A stretch of DNA of 64,000 nt from Octopus bimaculoides (lineage: Eukaryota): NCBI RefSeq assembly GCF_001194135.2, contig NC_068983.1, positions 8,578,919-8,642,918 on the forward strand. Reading direction: 5' to 3'. Below, piece after piece: positions 1 to 13,299 of this stretch. The position numbers and the translations under genes are program-made. Under the pieces are notes generated by a model that saw nothing but the letters and a program-made list of their open reading frames with translations, ran no database searches and was not told the DNA's origin. Positions within the stretch are counted from its first letter, which is position 1; every line of letters begins with the position of its first letter.

Positions 1-695
1 TCGAACTCGTCAGTCGAACTTCATGCACGAAAGGGGGCTATGTCACAATGCAAAAATAGTTAAGGATGTGTTTGCAGTTGAAAACATTTCTGCGATGCTA
101 TATCCAGAGTTTTTTTATTAATTTCATGTGGTAACCAAATTATTCATGAATAAGAAACGTGTCTGAAACAGCTGTAGTAGACTTTCAACCCATCCGTACT
201 AGTATATATANNNNNNNNNNNNNNNNNNNNNNNNNNNNNNNNNNNNNNNNNNNNNNNNNNNNNNNNNNNNNNNNNNNNNNNNNNNNNNNNNNNNNNNNNN
301 NNNNNNNNNNNNNNNNNNNNNNNNNNNNNNNNNNNNNNNNNNNNNNNNNNNNNNNNNNNNNNNNNNNNNNNNNNNNNNNNNNNNNNNNNNNNNNNNNNNN
401 NNNNNNNNNNNNNNNNNNNNNNNNNNNNNNNNNNNNNNNNNNNNNNNNNNNNNNNNNNNNNNNNNNNNNNNNNNNNNNNNNNNNNNNNNNNNNNNNNNNN
501 NNNNNNNNNNNNNNNNNNNNNNNNNNNNNNNNNNNNNNNNNNNNNNNNNNNNNNNNNNNNNNNNNNNNNNNNNNNNNNNNNNNNNNNNNNNNNNNNNNNN
601 NNNNNNNNNNNNNNNNNNNNNNNNNNNNNNNNNNNNNNNNNNNNNNNNNNNNNNNNNNNNNNNNNNNNNNNNNNNNNNNNNNNNNNNNNNNNNNN

Positions 696-740
<45 letters not shown>
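696..740. repeat. (TG)n microsatellite flanking assembly gap 211-695
   Basis: Perfect TG run directly after the N block; a (TA)n run precedes the gap. Confidence 0.95.
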
Positions 741-744
<4 letters not shown>

Positions 745-1062
745 CAAGAGAGATAAAAAGAGACAGAAAGAAAGCGGTGTTAGGTGGTTTGATGGAGTGG
801 TGTATCATAAAATTTTAAAATAGTCTACACAAGAATTTATAGCTCACCTGTTCATGATAATATACAATCAAAAGCAATATATCTCCTATAGTGCCAACAA
901 TCCGTTTTTTTCTCTATCTCTATTGGTCAGTAGCTGTGGAATTTTTACAAGATGAAAAATCAACTAAATGCAGGAATGTCAATGCTGCGTAATGCCGTTT
1001 GGTTTTAAACGACTTATCAGTTGTATGTAAACGTATTTTTCATTTGATCATTTTCATTTTAT

Positions 1063-1104
1063 CTAGTTTCAGCTCTTAAGCTGTGGACATGCTGGGGCAC
1101 CGCT
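1063..1104 (-). mobile_element. SINE 3'-end fragment
   Basis: CTAGTTTCAGCTCTTAAGCTGTGGACATGCTGGGGCACCGC resembles the GGCCATGCTGG(A/G)GCACCGC tail of the family-A copies at 1.3, 31.2, 46.1 and 54.5 kb. Confidence 0.6.
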
Positions 1105-1274
1105 AGAATAAAATTATAAATAGGCCAAAAACAAGTATCAGGTTAGATTATGATATTTATATATGTAAACAGGAGGGTCAAATTTTCATATACAAGTGTC
1201 ATGTTGAGTTATTAGAAGAGTAGGGGTTATAAGGAGCCTGTTTTTCTTCACACTTTCCTCTGTACCTCACACTA

Positions 1275-1405
1275 TTACTCTTTTTTACTCCTTTACTCTT
1301 GTACTAGTTTAAGTCATTTGACTGCGGCCATGCTGGAGCACTGCATTTAGTCGGTTTTGTGAGTCTAGTACTTATTCTATTAGTCTCTTTTGCCGAACTG
1401 CTAAT
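1275..1405 (-). mobile_element. tRNA-derived SINE family A (CORE-type), 3' part with (TTACTC)n-like tail
   Basis: AGTCATTTGACTGCGGCCATGCTGGAGCAC...CTAGTACTTATTCTAT...TCTTTTGCCGAAC aligns to the copies at 46101-46435 and 54470-54562. Confidence 0.85.
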
Positions 1406-4400
1406 GTCTTCGTTTATCGGTTGCTCGGTGAAGATTATGTCGGTATTGACAATAAGACCAACAGCAATGTCAGCAACAAGTCTCTCACCGATCGGATGCC
1501 TATAGATACACTGGGGCGAAGCAATGTAGCCAACCGAATCCCATAACCAGTGTATAATTCTAAATAAAAGTGAGAAGCAGAAATTCTCTGTGTTGAATCC
1601 CTAAGTTAGTGTAAGCAACAATAAAAGTTAAAGACGATAGTTGGGGGAACTTTTATTACCTTGTGGCTTGACTTGTTAGAAATAGCAGCAAGTCATAATC
1701 ATATGATACGCTTTTGTCTTCCAAACAGAAGAAATTTTGATATTGCATTCCGATATCTAAAAACCTGAAATAGACATGAAAGTCGAAACTCAAATGCAAT
1801 CGGCTACAAATCTGCTCGATCAAGATGTAACATGATAGAACAACTAAAACAAATGTCAAGACACAGATATCAATACCATGGGAGTTTCTTCATTGCGTAA
1901 ATGCTGATGTTCTTTTCATGCATTTGTCATAAACGTAAACAAAATAGGCAGAAATATTCTCCTACATTCGGAAAATTAAAACAAATTGACTATCTGCAGA
2001 CTTTCTAATTGACAGCGGCTTCTTAATCTCATACAGCTCATTTTTAAAAACAAGTAATTTTCAGAGGAAAATAATTCTCACAACACAAACTCAGCATTAG
2101 AATACGATAGGATTATAATTTATTTGGAAATGTCTTTCCAGTCCAGCCTTCATTCCCTTGAAAATACACCAGATTTTTTTTGACGCAAGTCGACTTTAAA
2201 ATATAATAATCTAAAACGTAATAACATGGTGACGTTAAACAACTGGATGAGCAAAGGAGACAACAGAACCTCTCGTTTGCATCACCTCCTTCAACTTGTC
2301 AGGAAAAATATGTTATATGCAGAAGGTTAATAACCATTTTAGAACAACATGGCTGCTTCGACAAAATCAAGGAAAAAGTTAGCAAATATTGTAGACAGTT
2401 TATTATGGGAAATATAACGTGTCTGTGTATCTTGATATCATATTTTATGTTTCAGGCTGAAAACTCTTAATTGTAACCATATCATTGTGTGATTTCTTTA
2501 AATACAGATGTGAAATTGTGGAAGCCAAATATGTCGTATCGGAAAGGTCTGCAGTAATAAGTGGAATAGTACTCTTCTTACTCTTATCCAAATTATTTAA
2601 ATCAAATATATATGAAAACACGACTACCATATTGATTTTGAATTTAGACTGCACTCAAAATACAGCATAAATCAAAAGAAATGCAGATATGTACATATTC
2701 CAACAATAGCAGAGTTTATATTTGTGCCTTCAAGTGTCATAAAATACCATGCCCTCCGTTACGGAAAAATACCAAAATAAAATGTTTTAGCGTGTCTAAA
2801 ATTAGCACTTATAATTTTCTTTGTAGTTTTAGCGTATGTATGCTTATGAATGCACTACATTTCAAAATATATAGTCAACAAATTACTGAAATATAAGTAA
2901 CTACATATTGATTTTAAGAAATTTAATAACTGTCAGAATTGTATGGAGTGAGTCTATCGTAACGAGATTAATCTATTGTCTATAGTTATGGTTTCTTTGT
3001 GTAGTAAGAAGGGAAATAACTAAAGTTCAACTACTGAGCTCCTGAGAAACGATAGGATTACTAGACATAGCCTCTAAAGATCTCTCAAGTCAACTGTTAG
3101 CATTGAATCTGCATTGACAAACGAAGTCTTAAATATTGGTGATTGAGAAGGAAACCAATACCAACGCATACGAAAACGGCTACAATTTCTAGAATTCATA
3201 CCATTATACACACTCATATAAACATACGCATGCATATATGCACGTGCGCATGTGTGTGTATACGCGCGCGTTGTGTATGTGTGCGCTCGCACGAGCGTGC
3301 ATATGTGTATACTCATGGGTGTAGATGTTTCCGAGACTTTTAATACACTTGAAATACACTTGTTTCTTTAATCTCATTGTAAATTTTTCAAATACTATTT
3401 TAAACACAGTCTATTTTAAAGCAGAGCGTCTGTCTACTCGCTAATCCCTGAACGCTATGGCTAAATTTAATAAAAATTACATTGACCTAAGTGCGTAAAG
3501 CGATTGACAAACACACATATACGTGTTGGCATATGATTCTATATTTCGACCAAAGAACGAAAAGTGAACGAATCACATCGATAAACGGAAACCTACTACT
3601 GGACTGCCATTAATTGACGAATGTACACGATCTCCCTCAACAACGTATTGCTGAATCTTATCTGTTAAATGCCAGCACAGCCTGTAACCACAAACTCATC
3701 TCCGAAACTATACACAACTTACTAATTGTTCGTATTGACAAACAAAGCATTCCCTTATTCCCAGTCATTATTTTCAGAAATGCCATTATACTTCTTAGCG
3801 TACATACAAATCTAGACCACTTTAATTCTAACGATAAGACTAAATATAGATTTGTTTTGCAAAGGGCAGCTGTTATGTTGGCTGATATTTCATACGAATC
3901 TGAAGAGACGACTGATTGCACATTAAGAAAATGTCATCAATTCCATCTTACAATATAGTGCAAAGCAGATAATTCTCAGCTGCAGTAAAATCAATCTACG
4001 TTAACACTTTCATCAACGATCCATACCTTTGACTTTTATCATTATGCAACAGAAATAAAAGGCAAATGAAGTTAGAAGTTAGCGTAACGACAAGTTAGTA
4101 AGCCATCAAGCTTCGCTTTGGATTTGCCTGATTCGTAGCAAGTAGAGAGATTCCAGAATTTTAAGAAAGGCACATTTAAGTTCTGTAGACTCTACATGTA
4201 AAATAGCCCGTCACAACTAAAAAAAAAAGTAATATATAATCCACCTCACCGAATATCTTTAGAGAGTTTCATATATCTAGAGGAATATTGTTAATCTGTA
4301 CAAAACGCAATGAAAATATCTCCTATAAACGGCAAAGATTATATGCCTCCCTATATAGCCACCTTATCTAAAAGCGAACATGCTGACGATAGCTTCATAG

Positions 4401-5366
4401 ACATTCATGTTAGTAAGATTCTGTCAACATTATATTTATGACGATGCAATTTCACGTATGAAGTCACTATTTCTTGTCAGTGAGAATATTTCGAAATATT
4501 AACGAAATTAAAGTTATCAGAGAAAATGATAATTTATCCTATATTATTCATTCCTTTACACTGTCATCTTTGTGCTTAATCTATTTTCTCTTATTGCTCT
4601 TTTACTTGTATAGATCATTGAAAATTTGTGCTATCAAGACGTGTTACTTTATTGATCAGAATCGTTACATTATCTGTCAGATGCATTAGCATTTTATATT
4701 TGCTATCTGCTAAAGTACTCAAGAATTTATCATTCAAGATGTTATAAGGTTAAAACTGATATATCAGCATGTATATTCTAAGTCTTCACAAAGAAACACA
4801 AGCTACTTTGATATGGCGGATCAGTTGATATATATTTCAATTCTATAGCGGATTCTCTAGTTATACTGACACATTAAAAATGGAAAATGGCGGAACTGTT
4901 TGACATACCATACAATGAGGAACTCAAATCTTCGTAGGAATAACAAGCTGCAGTACTTTATTTTCAGTGTTTCTAAGTTTTCTTGAAATTACATTCTTCG
5001 AGAAAAGATACTTCAGGCTAAGGTGTACCAACACGTTCTTTAGATGTGGCATATTATTAACTGTATGTTTAATAATGGAGAAATATAAAAAAATAAATGC
5101 TATGACTAGACAGTCTTTAAGAAACAAGGGATCTTTTTTAAAACGGGGGCCACATTTTTCATTAACGAAACACTTTGAAACTTGAAACACTGGTAGAATG
5201 TGTCATATAAAACATCTTTTTCTCTTAGTCTTCTTAAAAAAAAAAGAAATCCATAAATTATTCCATGTTAAAGTTGTCGTAATTCTGTAATCTCAACCAA
5301 TCACTGACGTCCATTCAGCCGATATACATCAAGTGCCGACTACATAAACAAACGATTCTGAAACAA

Positions 5367-5406
5367 TTAACCGTAACCCTAACCCTAGGGTTAGGGTTAG
5401 GGTTAA
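5367..5406. repeat. 40-bp palindrome of telomeric hexamers, (TAACCC)n-(TAGGGT)n
   Basis: TTAACCGTAACCCTAACCCT|AGGGTTAGGGTTAGGGTTAA; 19 of 20 arm positions pair around the centre at 5386/5387. Confidence 0.9.
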
Positions 5407-5874
5407 AGCAAATTTAAAATGAAAAAAAGCAAATAAAACGAAGAATCGTNNNNNNNNNNNNNNNNNNNNNNNNNNNNNNNNNNNNNNNNNNNNNNNNNNN
5501 NNNNNNNNNNNNNNNNNNNNNNNNNNNNNNNNNNNNNNNNNNNNNNNNNNNNNNNNNNNNNNNNNNNNNNNNNNNNNNNNNNNNNNNNNNNNNNNNNNNN
5601 NNNNNNNNNNNNNNNNNNNNNNNNNNNNNNNNNNNNNNNNNNNNNNNNNNNNNNNNNNNNNNNNNNNNNNNNNNNNNNNNNNNNNNNNNNNNNNNNNNNN
5701 NNNNNNNNNNNNNNNNNNNNNNNNNNNNNNNNNNNNNNNNNNNNNNNNNNNNNNNNNNNNNNNNNNNNNNNNNNNNNNNNNNNNNNNNNNNNNNNNNNNN
5801 NNNNNNNNNNNNNNNNNNNNNNNNNNNNNNNNNNNNNNNNNNNNNNNNNNNNNNNNNNNNNNNNATATATATAT

Positions 5875-6496
5875 GGAACAAAAACGCAATAGAAGGCATT
5901 AAAACGTTCGGACGATAGAAAGGCGGACAAGAGAAACAACAATTAGAAGGACAGGCAAAAAAAGACGAGCCATTCTTGGCTTTCTTTCATCAGTCAAGTA
6001 CCAGAAGTCACGACCATTTCGGAAAGTTACACTTGAGATGGTTCGATCTGGTTTCCCCCCAGAAAAGTCTAAGCTAAGAGCATTAGATCCCTTTGTAAGA
6101 AAGCTAGCGAATGTGTACGGCATAAAGACGAAAAGACAATAAACAAACAAAAAACAGAGAACATGGTACACAATTACGAATAAAGGAACAAGAAATAACA
6201 ACAGGCGTCTTTCGACTGACAACGATTCAAATTGAGCTGGCGTGCATGAAGTGAAAGCCTAAAGACAGGAACATAGGAGATGGACATAAGAGGTGTTGGC
6301 GGTTGGCAATCAGGTCAAGAAAGAAAGATCATGGCTGGTCGGACACTGGTCACGTGAAAGGAGAAGAGATGGGTAGGGGACAGCGGGATTGAAGGATTAG
6401 AAAAAAATCAGAGACAAAGGGAAAGGTGCAGTGGTGATAAACGAGTGGGAAATGGTAGGAGTTAAAGAAAGAGAGGGCCAAGAAATGTGAGAGAGG

Positions 6497-6549
<53 letters not shown>

Positions 6550-6600
6550 GGAGAAAGGAAGAAAATGAGCGGGGAATAAAAGATGAAGTAAGAGTCATAC
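5875..6600 (-). mobile_element. Decayed interspersed repeat, possibly a Penelope-like terminal repeat region
   Basis: The minus strand reads ...GACTGATGAAAGAAAGCCAAGAATGGCTCGTC..., a CTGATGA core without an intact GAAA. It resembles an abundant octopus repeat as I recall it. No ORF supports the class call. Confidence 0.3.
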
Positions 6601-6702
6601 AAAATTTAGATACATACCTACTCTAAGGAGCACAAGGGTGTACGTACGCCTCTCTCTCTCTCTCTCTCTCTAGATATATATATATAACAGAAACACATAG
6701 AT

Positions 6703-6738
<36 letters not shown>

Positions 6739-7304
6739 GAAGGTTGAAAAGTAACACACGAGTTGATATATATGGGAAAAAGTCAAGATAGAAAATGCTA
6801 AAATAATTTCATAAAAAACATTTCAGTACCGGTCTCAGTCGTTGAGACCTTTTCAACTGTAAGTATGGAATACAATTAAATTTTGGAAAAATTAAAAGAA
6901 AAGAGTTTTAAAAGAATGTCTGCATAGTATCCAACTACAAGGGGCATTTTCCTTGTTTCTGCCTGTCTCTGTCTCTCTTGTTTACTCTTGTGTATTTGAG
7001 TTTGTTTAATAGAAATATTAGAAATATTTTCCGGCCGCGTGTTGCTAGATGTTTGCTTCACTTTTCAGCACTGCATTTATATATTCATTTTTACTGCAGT
7101 TGTTTGGCAGGTGCTGCCTGAGTGATATCATACAGCAATGGAATGTCGTCTGCACTGATCTCAGGCATCTAACACCTTCATTTATTCTTAGGTAGAGCCT
7201 ATCAAAATCACTGTTTCTGTGGAATTTTCGGAGTTGTCAGGATTTTCGGATTTTGATATCTATGGCGTGGATTTCCTCTACAGACCAATCATGTGTCCCA
7301 AATG

Positions 7305-7352
7305 TATGTATGTATGTATGTATGTATGTATGTATGTATGTATGTTTGTATG
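7305..7352. repeat. (TATG)n microsatellite
   Basis: Direct tandem TATG run. Confidence 0.95.
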
Positions 7353-8029
7353 TATTTATTTTTAAAAAGAGACATCAAATTAAGACATATAAACACAAAT
7401 AAGATATACAGCGAAGATTCGACTTAGTAATTGAAATATATTTCGAACAATCAGGATTTCAAATATTCTAATTGTTCCTTTGATAATATATATTCAATTA
7501 ATATTTGACATTTACATTATTTATTTGTTGTTTGTTGGTATATGTTTGATGTTTATTTAACAAACATAATGGCATTCATATCACAAATTAGATTTACATT
7601 TGTGAGATATGTTATTTTAAATGAAATGAAAGAACGCTTATTTTATCTTTGATGATAAGAATTCAACTGTTTTATCAGATTCTCCGTTAAAGATAAACCA
7701 TCAACAACAACGTATTGCTGATGCAAGTAAGTCATTATATTTTTACTCAGCTAAAATCTGCCTCATATGTTGTCTTACGTTTCGGTTGTGTTCACATTTT
7801 CCTGTAGTTAATATTCACAAGTCAACTAAACTATTGTGATGGGTGAGGAAAAGATATTATGTTTAATGTTTAATAACGACTAATGTTATTCTATTTCGAG
7901 TTACAAGTTGATTGATAGAGTTCTCGCTACTTACTGAAGTGATGGTATCACTTGTAGAAGTTTCTAGCGACTTTGCAGTTAAGTATACATCCCTATATAA
8001 CATCCACAGAAGTATATATGCCAGAGGCT

Positions 8030-8140
8030 TCCGCAAAATTTACGTCAATCAAATTCACTCACAGAAGTTGGTCGGCCGGGACTCAGGCAGGAAATTCTCG
8101 TCCAGCATGCTGGGCAGTGGCATTGAACTGAAAGCCACAT
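8030..8140 (-). mobile_element. Old SINE family A fragment (CORE region)
   Basis: CAAATTCACTCACAGAAGTTGGTCGGCCGG...GCAGTGGCATTGAACTGAAAGCCACAT is colinear with 50745-50835. Confidence 0.6.
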
Positions 8141-9270
8141 CATTACCAAATGACCTTCTCAAACATTCAATCTTGCCTGAAATTCCATCAAATGTGACTG
8201 AATTAAGCAATAATGAATTTTATAAGCAGTTGAAGTGAAAAAAATATGGGGGACAGTCTAAACGAAAATATTTCCCTTATTTGGGTATCATTGTCTTGAA
8301 TGTTTTTATTTTTAAAGAAATAATATTCTTCCAGCGAAAAGAAATGCTAGTCTGAATATGGGAAAATATATTCCCCATTGTATCAATATCAATATTTATC
8401 AGGAACTTTGAATGGAGTGATTTCCAAATCGATCTTGGCGTAAAATAGAAACTTTACATCAGAAATTAACACAAGATGCTGCAAAATGGTTATTCCTGTT
8501 TCATATATTTTTTGACAATACATCCTTCGAGAATTATAAAATAAATATTAATAAAATACGAAATATTTATTTATATGTATGTGATAAAGGGAGTATATAA
8601 ATGTTTTCGCGAAACTAGACACATTTAGATTACCCGTTGCAACAAATCGATAACCATTTCTCTCTAATCATTGCAGTCTCATAAAAATTTCACCAAGTAT
8701 ATATTCACCGAATTAATTGTATACTGCGTAAAAACGATTCTACTGAATTGGGATATATAATCGTGAGAGATTTTACTGCAAACATAACGAGGAGACGACC
8801 CCAACTTTCTAATTTCACCGTAATATAAAGCTTCCGTATTTCCGTTTCATAGTCTGAACTATTTAATTCACTTACAACATTAATTCCTCCATTAACCGAC
8901 TTGATTGTAATTCTCTCAATATAAATATTCTTCCGTAAAAATCTCTGGCATCCTCGTGCGTATATTAGATGCAGTTAAAGAAACATAATTTGCAGTCTCC
9001 TACAGAAGTTTCCAGAATTACGGATGTATATTCTTTTGTATTAATGATTTAAGATCTAACAAAATCTTCTTGGTTGAGTCTTTAAGAGACAATGGATACA
9101 GAATAGAAAACTTATAGGAAAAGCTAGTAATTCCAAAGAGACATATAGACATAAATTCTATATATGTACGAGAAAGATAGAAGGTGGGAGATAAAGCTAT
9201 TTTTAAAAGCAATACATAGACTTACATACATTTTTTTCCTCAGTATTTTTTAATCGCCGTGTAAATATTC

Positions 9271-9573
9271 ATTGTAATGCATAAATACAATTCATATTGC
9301 GAGAAATTCGCTGTAACAAAACTAGAATTAAAGACAAGAAAGAAGCTGATGACTGTCACAGTTGGACAAAATCAAATTAGGGAAACATAAAGGAAGTTTG
9401 TTTGTAGATATTTATGAAATAATTAGCAAAATAGAAGAAAGAAACGAGAACAATCCAACAACTTTTAATCGAAATCTCAAGGTAAATGTTTTTTTAAATT
9501 CACATACCTGTTTTTCTGTGAAAAAAACAATCTCTCCACTGAGAAGATCGAGACGATTGCGAGATTGTTAATC
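9271..9573 (+). repeat. Copy A of a diverged ~300-bp local duplication
   Basis: Four colinear blocks are shared with 13300-13572, e.g. 9345-9375 vs 13358-13388 (28/31) and 9463-9490 vs 13465-13492 (26/28). Confidence 0.85.
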
Positions 9574-10959
9574 ATATCCCCGTTATATATGCGCATATNN
9601 NNNNNNNNNNNNNNNNNNNNNNNNNNNNNNNNNNNNNNNNNNNNNNNNNNNNNNNNNNNNNNNNNNNNNNNNNNNNNNNNNNNNNNNNNNNNNNNNNNNN
9701 NNNNNNNNNNNNNNNNNNNNNNNNNNNNNNNNNNNNNNNNNNNNNNNNNNNNNNNNNNNNNNNNNNNNNNNNNNNNNNNNNNNNNNNNNNNNNNNNNNNN
9801 NNNNNNNNNNNNNNNNNNNNNNNNNNNNNNNNNNNNNNNNNNNNNNNNNNNNNNNNNNNNNNNNNNNNNNNNNNNNNNNNNNNNNNNNNNNNNNNNNNNN
9901 NNNNNNNNNNNNNNNNNNNNNNNNNNNNNNNNNNNNNNNNNNNNNNNNNNNNNNNNNNNNNNNNNNNNNNNNNNNNNNNNNNNNNNNNNNNNNNNNNNNN
10001 NNNNNNNNNNNNNNNNNNNNNNNNNNNNNNNNNNNNNNNNNNNNNNNNNNNNNNNNNNNNNNNNNNNNNNNNNNNNNNNNNNNNNNNNNNNNNNNNNNNN
10101 NNNNNNNNNNNNNNNNNNNNNNNNNNNNNNNNNNNNNNNNNNNNNNNNNNNNNNNNNNNNNNNNNNNNNNNNNNNNNNNNNNNNNNNNNNNNNNNNNNNN
10201 NNNNNNNNNNNNNNNNNNNNNNNNNNNNNNNNNNNNNNNNNNNNNNNNNNNNNNNNNNNNNNNNNNNNNNNNNNNNNNNNNNNNNNNNNNNNNNNNNNNN
10301 NNNNNNNNNNNNNNNNNNNNNNNNNNNNNNNNNNNNNNNNNNNNNNNNNNNNNNNNNNNNNNNNNNNNNNNNNNNNNNNNNNNNNNNNNNNNNNNNNNNN
10401 NNNNNNNNNNNNNNNNNNNNNNNNNNNNNNNNNNNNNNNNNNNNNNNNAAGAGAGAGAGAGAAAGAGATAGATAGATAGATAGATAGATGGAAGAAGGAA
10501 TGACACTCTGCATTTGAAACCACAATAAGTGCTTCCACACATTTTTCCACGTTTACGAAATTAGGGGGTACTGCTTTAGATCTCCTCGTCACTTCACTCA
10601 CTGTGATAATGTATACAAAATGTGATGTGTTATTTTCAACAGTTTATAGACAAAACTGAGTAAATAACGAATGCCCTTCATTCCATAGTCATTCCATAGG
10701 ATATTTGCCCTGTATGGTGACATTAGGTAACCATTGACTGCGAATGAGCTTTGCATAAACAAAACACACACTCATATATAGGTACTTGAATATAAATATA
10801 TCATATAATCCATACATGCCTGTATATGGGCATACATACTCAGATCCACAGGCATATTTATTCACATATATAAACTTATATGCGTTTATCTTATTATGAC
10901 CATGCGTTTATGCATTTATGTATCTATCTATATATGTGTATGTGCATATATATATAAAG

Positions 10960-11000
<41 letters not shown>

Positions 11001-11009
11001 CTGTGTGTA

Positions 11010-11275
11010 CGATTTTACAAACCCAACATGCTTAGCATGCTCCTCTATGGATCCGAATTTTGGAAAACAACCAAAAATATTGAAAAGAAACTGGAGGTGT
11101 TTCAAAATAAAGGTTTACGAACAATATTGAAGGTCAACTAACTGACTATGACACCGAATAGACAAATACACAAGTGTAACCAATAAGAGAAACTATTGAG
11201 GGAAGGAGATGGAAATGGCTGGGGCGAGCATGTCATTATAAGCTGAACTCAATCGTCAGACTAGAGACACTACTA
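11010..11275 (+). mobile_element. RTE-clade LINE remnant (region C-terminal to the RT domain)
   Basis: Translates as RFYKPNMLSMLLYGSEFWKTTKNIEKKLEVFQNKGLRTILKV and then ETIEGRRWKWLG. This matches the RTE pattern LLYGSETW...LEVF...CLRRIL...R(W/L)RW(I/L)GH. Confidence 0.85.
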
Positions 11276-11349
11276 TTTTTAAATGAGCCGATGTTTCTCA
11301 CATGTGTATAAACAAGAGGATGTATAAACAAAAAGCATTCATGCAAACA

Positions 11350-11410
11350 TGCATATACATACATACATACATACATACATACATACATACATACATACAT
11401 ACATACATAG
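11350..11410. repeat. (ATAC)n microsatellite
   Basis: Direct tandem run. Confidence 0.95.
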
Positions 11411-11977
11411 ATGCATGCATGCATAAATACCTAGACATTTTTTCTATACAACATTTTTACTCTCTCACAATCTTCTCCCGCCATTCCTTTCTCTTGAACA
11501 GAGTAGGCACGAAACGTCAAAGGCCCTTCGTTTATTCCAGAGCGTCACACAAATAAACAGTGTTTGTCATTCCCTCATCCATCTCTGCCGTTTTTTTCTG
11601 GTACAATTTTGTACTTTATATGCGTGTGTCTCTCTCATTCTCTCTCTCTTTCTCTCTCATATATGTATATANNNNNNNNNNNNNNNNNNNNNNNNNNNNN
11701 NNNNNNNNNNNNNNNNNNNNNNNNNNNNNNNNNNNNNNNNNNNNNNNNNNNNNNNNNNNNNNNNNNNNNNNNNNNNNNNNNNNNNNNNNNNNNNNNNNNN
11801 NNNNNNNNNNNNNNNNNNNNNNNNNNNNNNNNNNNNNNNNNNNNNNNNNNNNNNNNNNNNNTATATATATATACACATATACATATTCATATATATCTAA
11901 GTATGTGAGATTGCAGTGTGCATGTGTAAATGTATATATGCTTATATGCGTATACGTACATACATGCATGTGTGTGC

Positions 11978-12014
<37 letters not shown>

Positions 12015-13299
12015 TGATCGCATGTATATAAACATACACTCACACAGTTTTGTGCATCATCTTCAATCTAAATGATTTTCGAAGAGCTAATTTGCTGCGG
12101 TATTCGTCTGGAGATAATATCGCTTATTGATTTGCTGTGTTTACTAAACGCCATATATATCGGATGGAGAAAATCAACACCGGATGATTATAATGTAAGG
12201 TCTCCAGTTCTTTCACGTTGGTCGTTTTTATTTGCTCGTTCACGTTGCTAACCGCCTAAAAAATATAAAAAATCGGTGAATGAAAAATTACTTATGTTGC
12301 CCGGACCAAGTAACAGCCATTATATGCAAAAAAAGCTATAAACTGATTAAGCTAATCACCCAGGTATCATTCCCCATTGTGATCAGAAAATTTATTGCGA
12401 TATTCACCCGGAGATAATATGGACATACTCTGAGATTAAACTCACATTATATATCGGCGGTAAACTGAAATCGTGCAGGTTTCAGTTTCTGAGATTGCTA
12501 GATATGCATTTGTAACACGTTGTGTATTGTTTTATTCGGTATCACACCCAATCGCAAGCTCAGGCGAAATTGTTTGTCAAAGATACAGAAAAACAGTGAC
12601 AGAATAGTTACTAATGTTGCTAAAAAACTCCCAGCTGATTAAAGTTCCGTTACATACAAAGCTTGCAGTATTAGAATAAAGTAACCACTTGTGCACCATA
12701 TTTAATATGAATAGTTATTTAAATATGAGTAGATCACCCTCTCTCTCTTTCTTTCTTCCTTTTTTCCTTTTTCTCTTTCCCTCTCATATCTTCTTTATCA
12801 CACTCACACAGACGCACACATATAAATAAATATATATATTTCCATATCCATATGGAGTAGGAGCAACGACGCGTATAGCAAACACATTCTGCTTCACAGT
12901 GAAGGTGTATTGCTTCGAATACCAGGGAGTGGACATGGAATAGAACAGAAAATATCGAGTATGCGATGCCAAATGACATGTGCAGCCGTATGACAAAATC
13001 CACGTAATGGAAAAGAAGCTAGGCTCAAGGTAAAAAGAAGACTCATAGAAGAGAAAATGAAAATAGCGCAAGCAGTGAAGTAATATTGGTTTGAGATACC
13101 CACTAATCAATTGACACCATGACATTATAAGCATAGATAGAGTTAGAAAACGAAAGAAATATGTAGTAGAGATTTAGCTGTGTGAAGTAAATCGTAAACT
13201 ACATTGGGCATTTTTCTTATTTCAATCTTCTTCATTACAACATTTAGTAATACTCTCTTTTTCGCTGTTAGGTTTTCTTCTTCATTGTAATAACTATTT

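Noticed and set aside
3614-3958. 114-aa plus-strand ORF with an overlapping minus-strand ORF
   Set aside because: No recognisable domain, non-ATG start and no clear splice context.
5295-5311. CCAAT box beside a CRE-like TGACGTC
   Set aside because: Short motifs with no downstream gene, probably part of a repeat.
7912-8238. 108-aa ORF
   Set aside because: It overlaps an antisense SINE fragment and has no protein motif.
3638-9097. Short matches at ~4-kb offsets (CAACAACGTATTGCTGA near 3638 and 7705; AGTCTTTAAGA(A/G)ACAA(G/T)GGAT near 5112 and 9077) suggesting a 4-kb tandem unit
   Set aside because: Flanks do not align, and matches this short are expected by chance in 64 kb of AT-rich DNA; a dot-plot would settle it.
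12860-13100. Possible RTE remnant (LIEEKMKIAQAVK*YWF)
   Set aside because: Similarity is too weak to call by eye.
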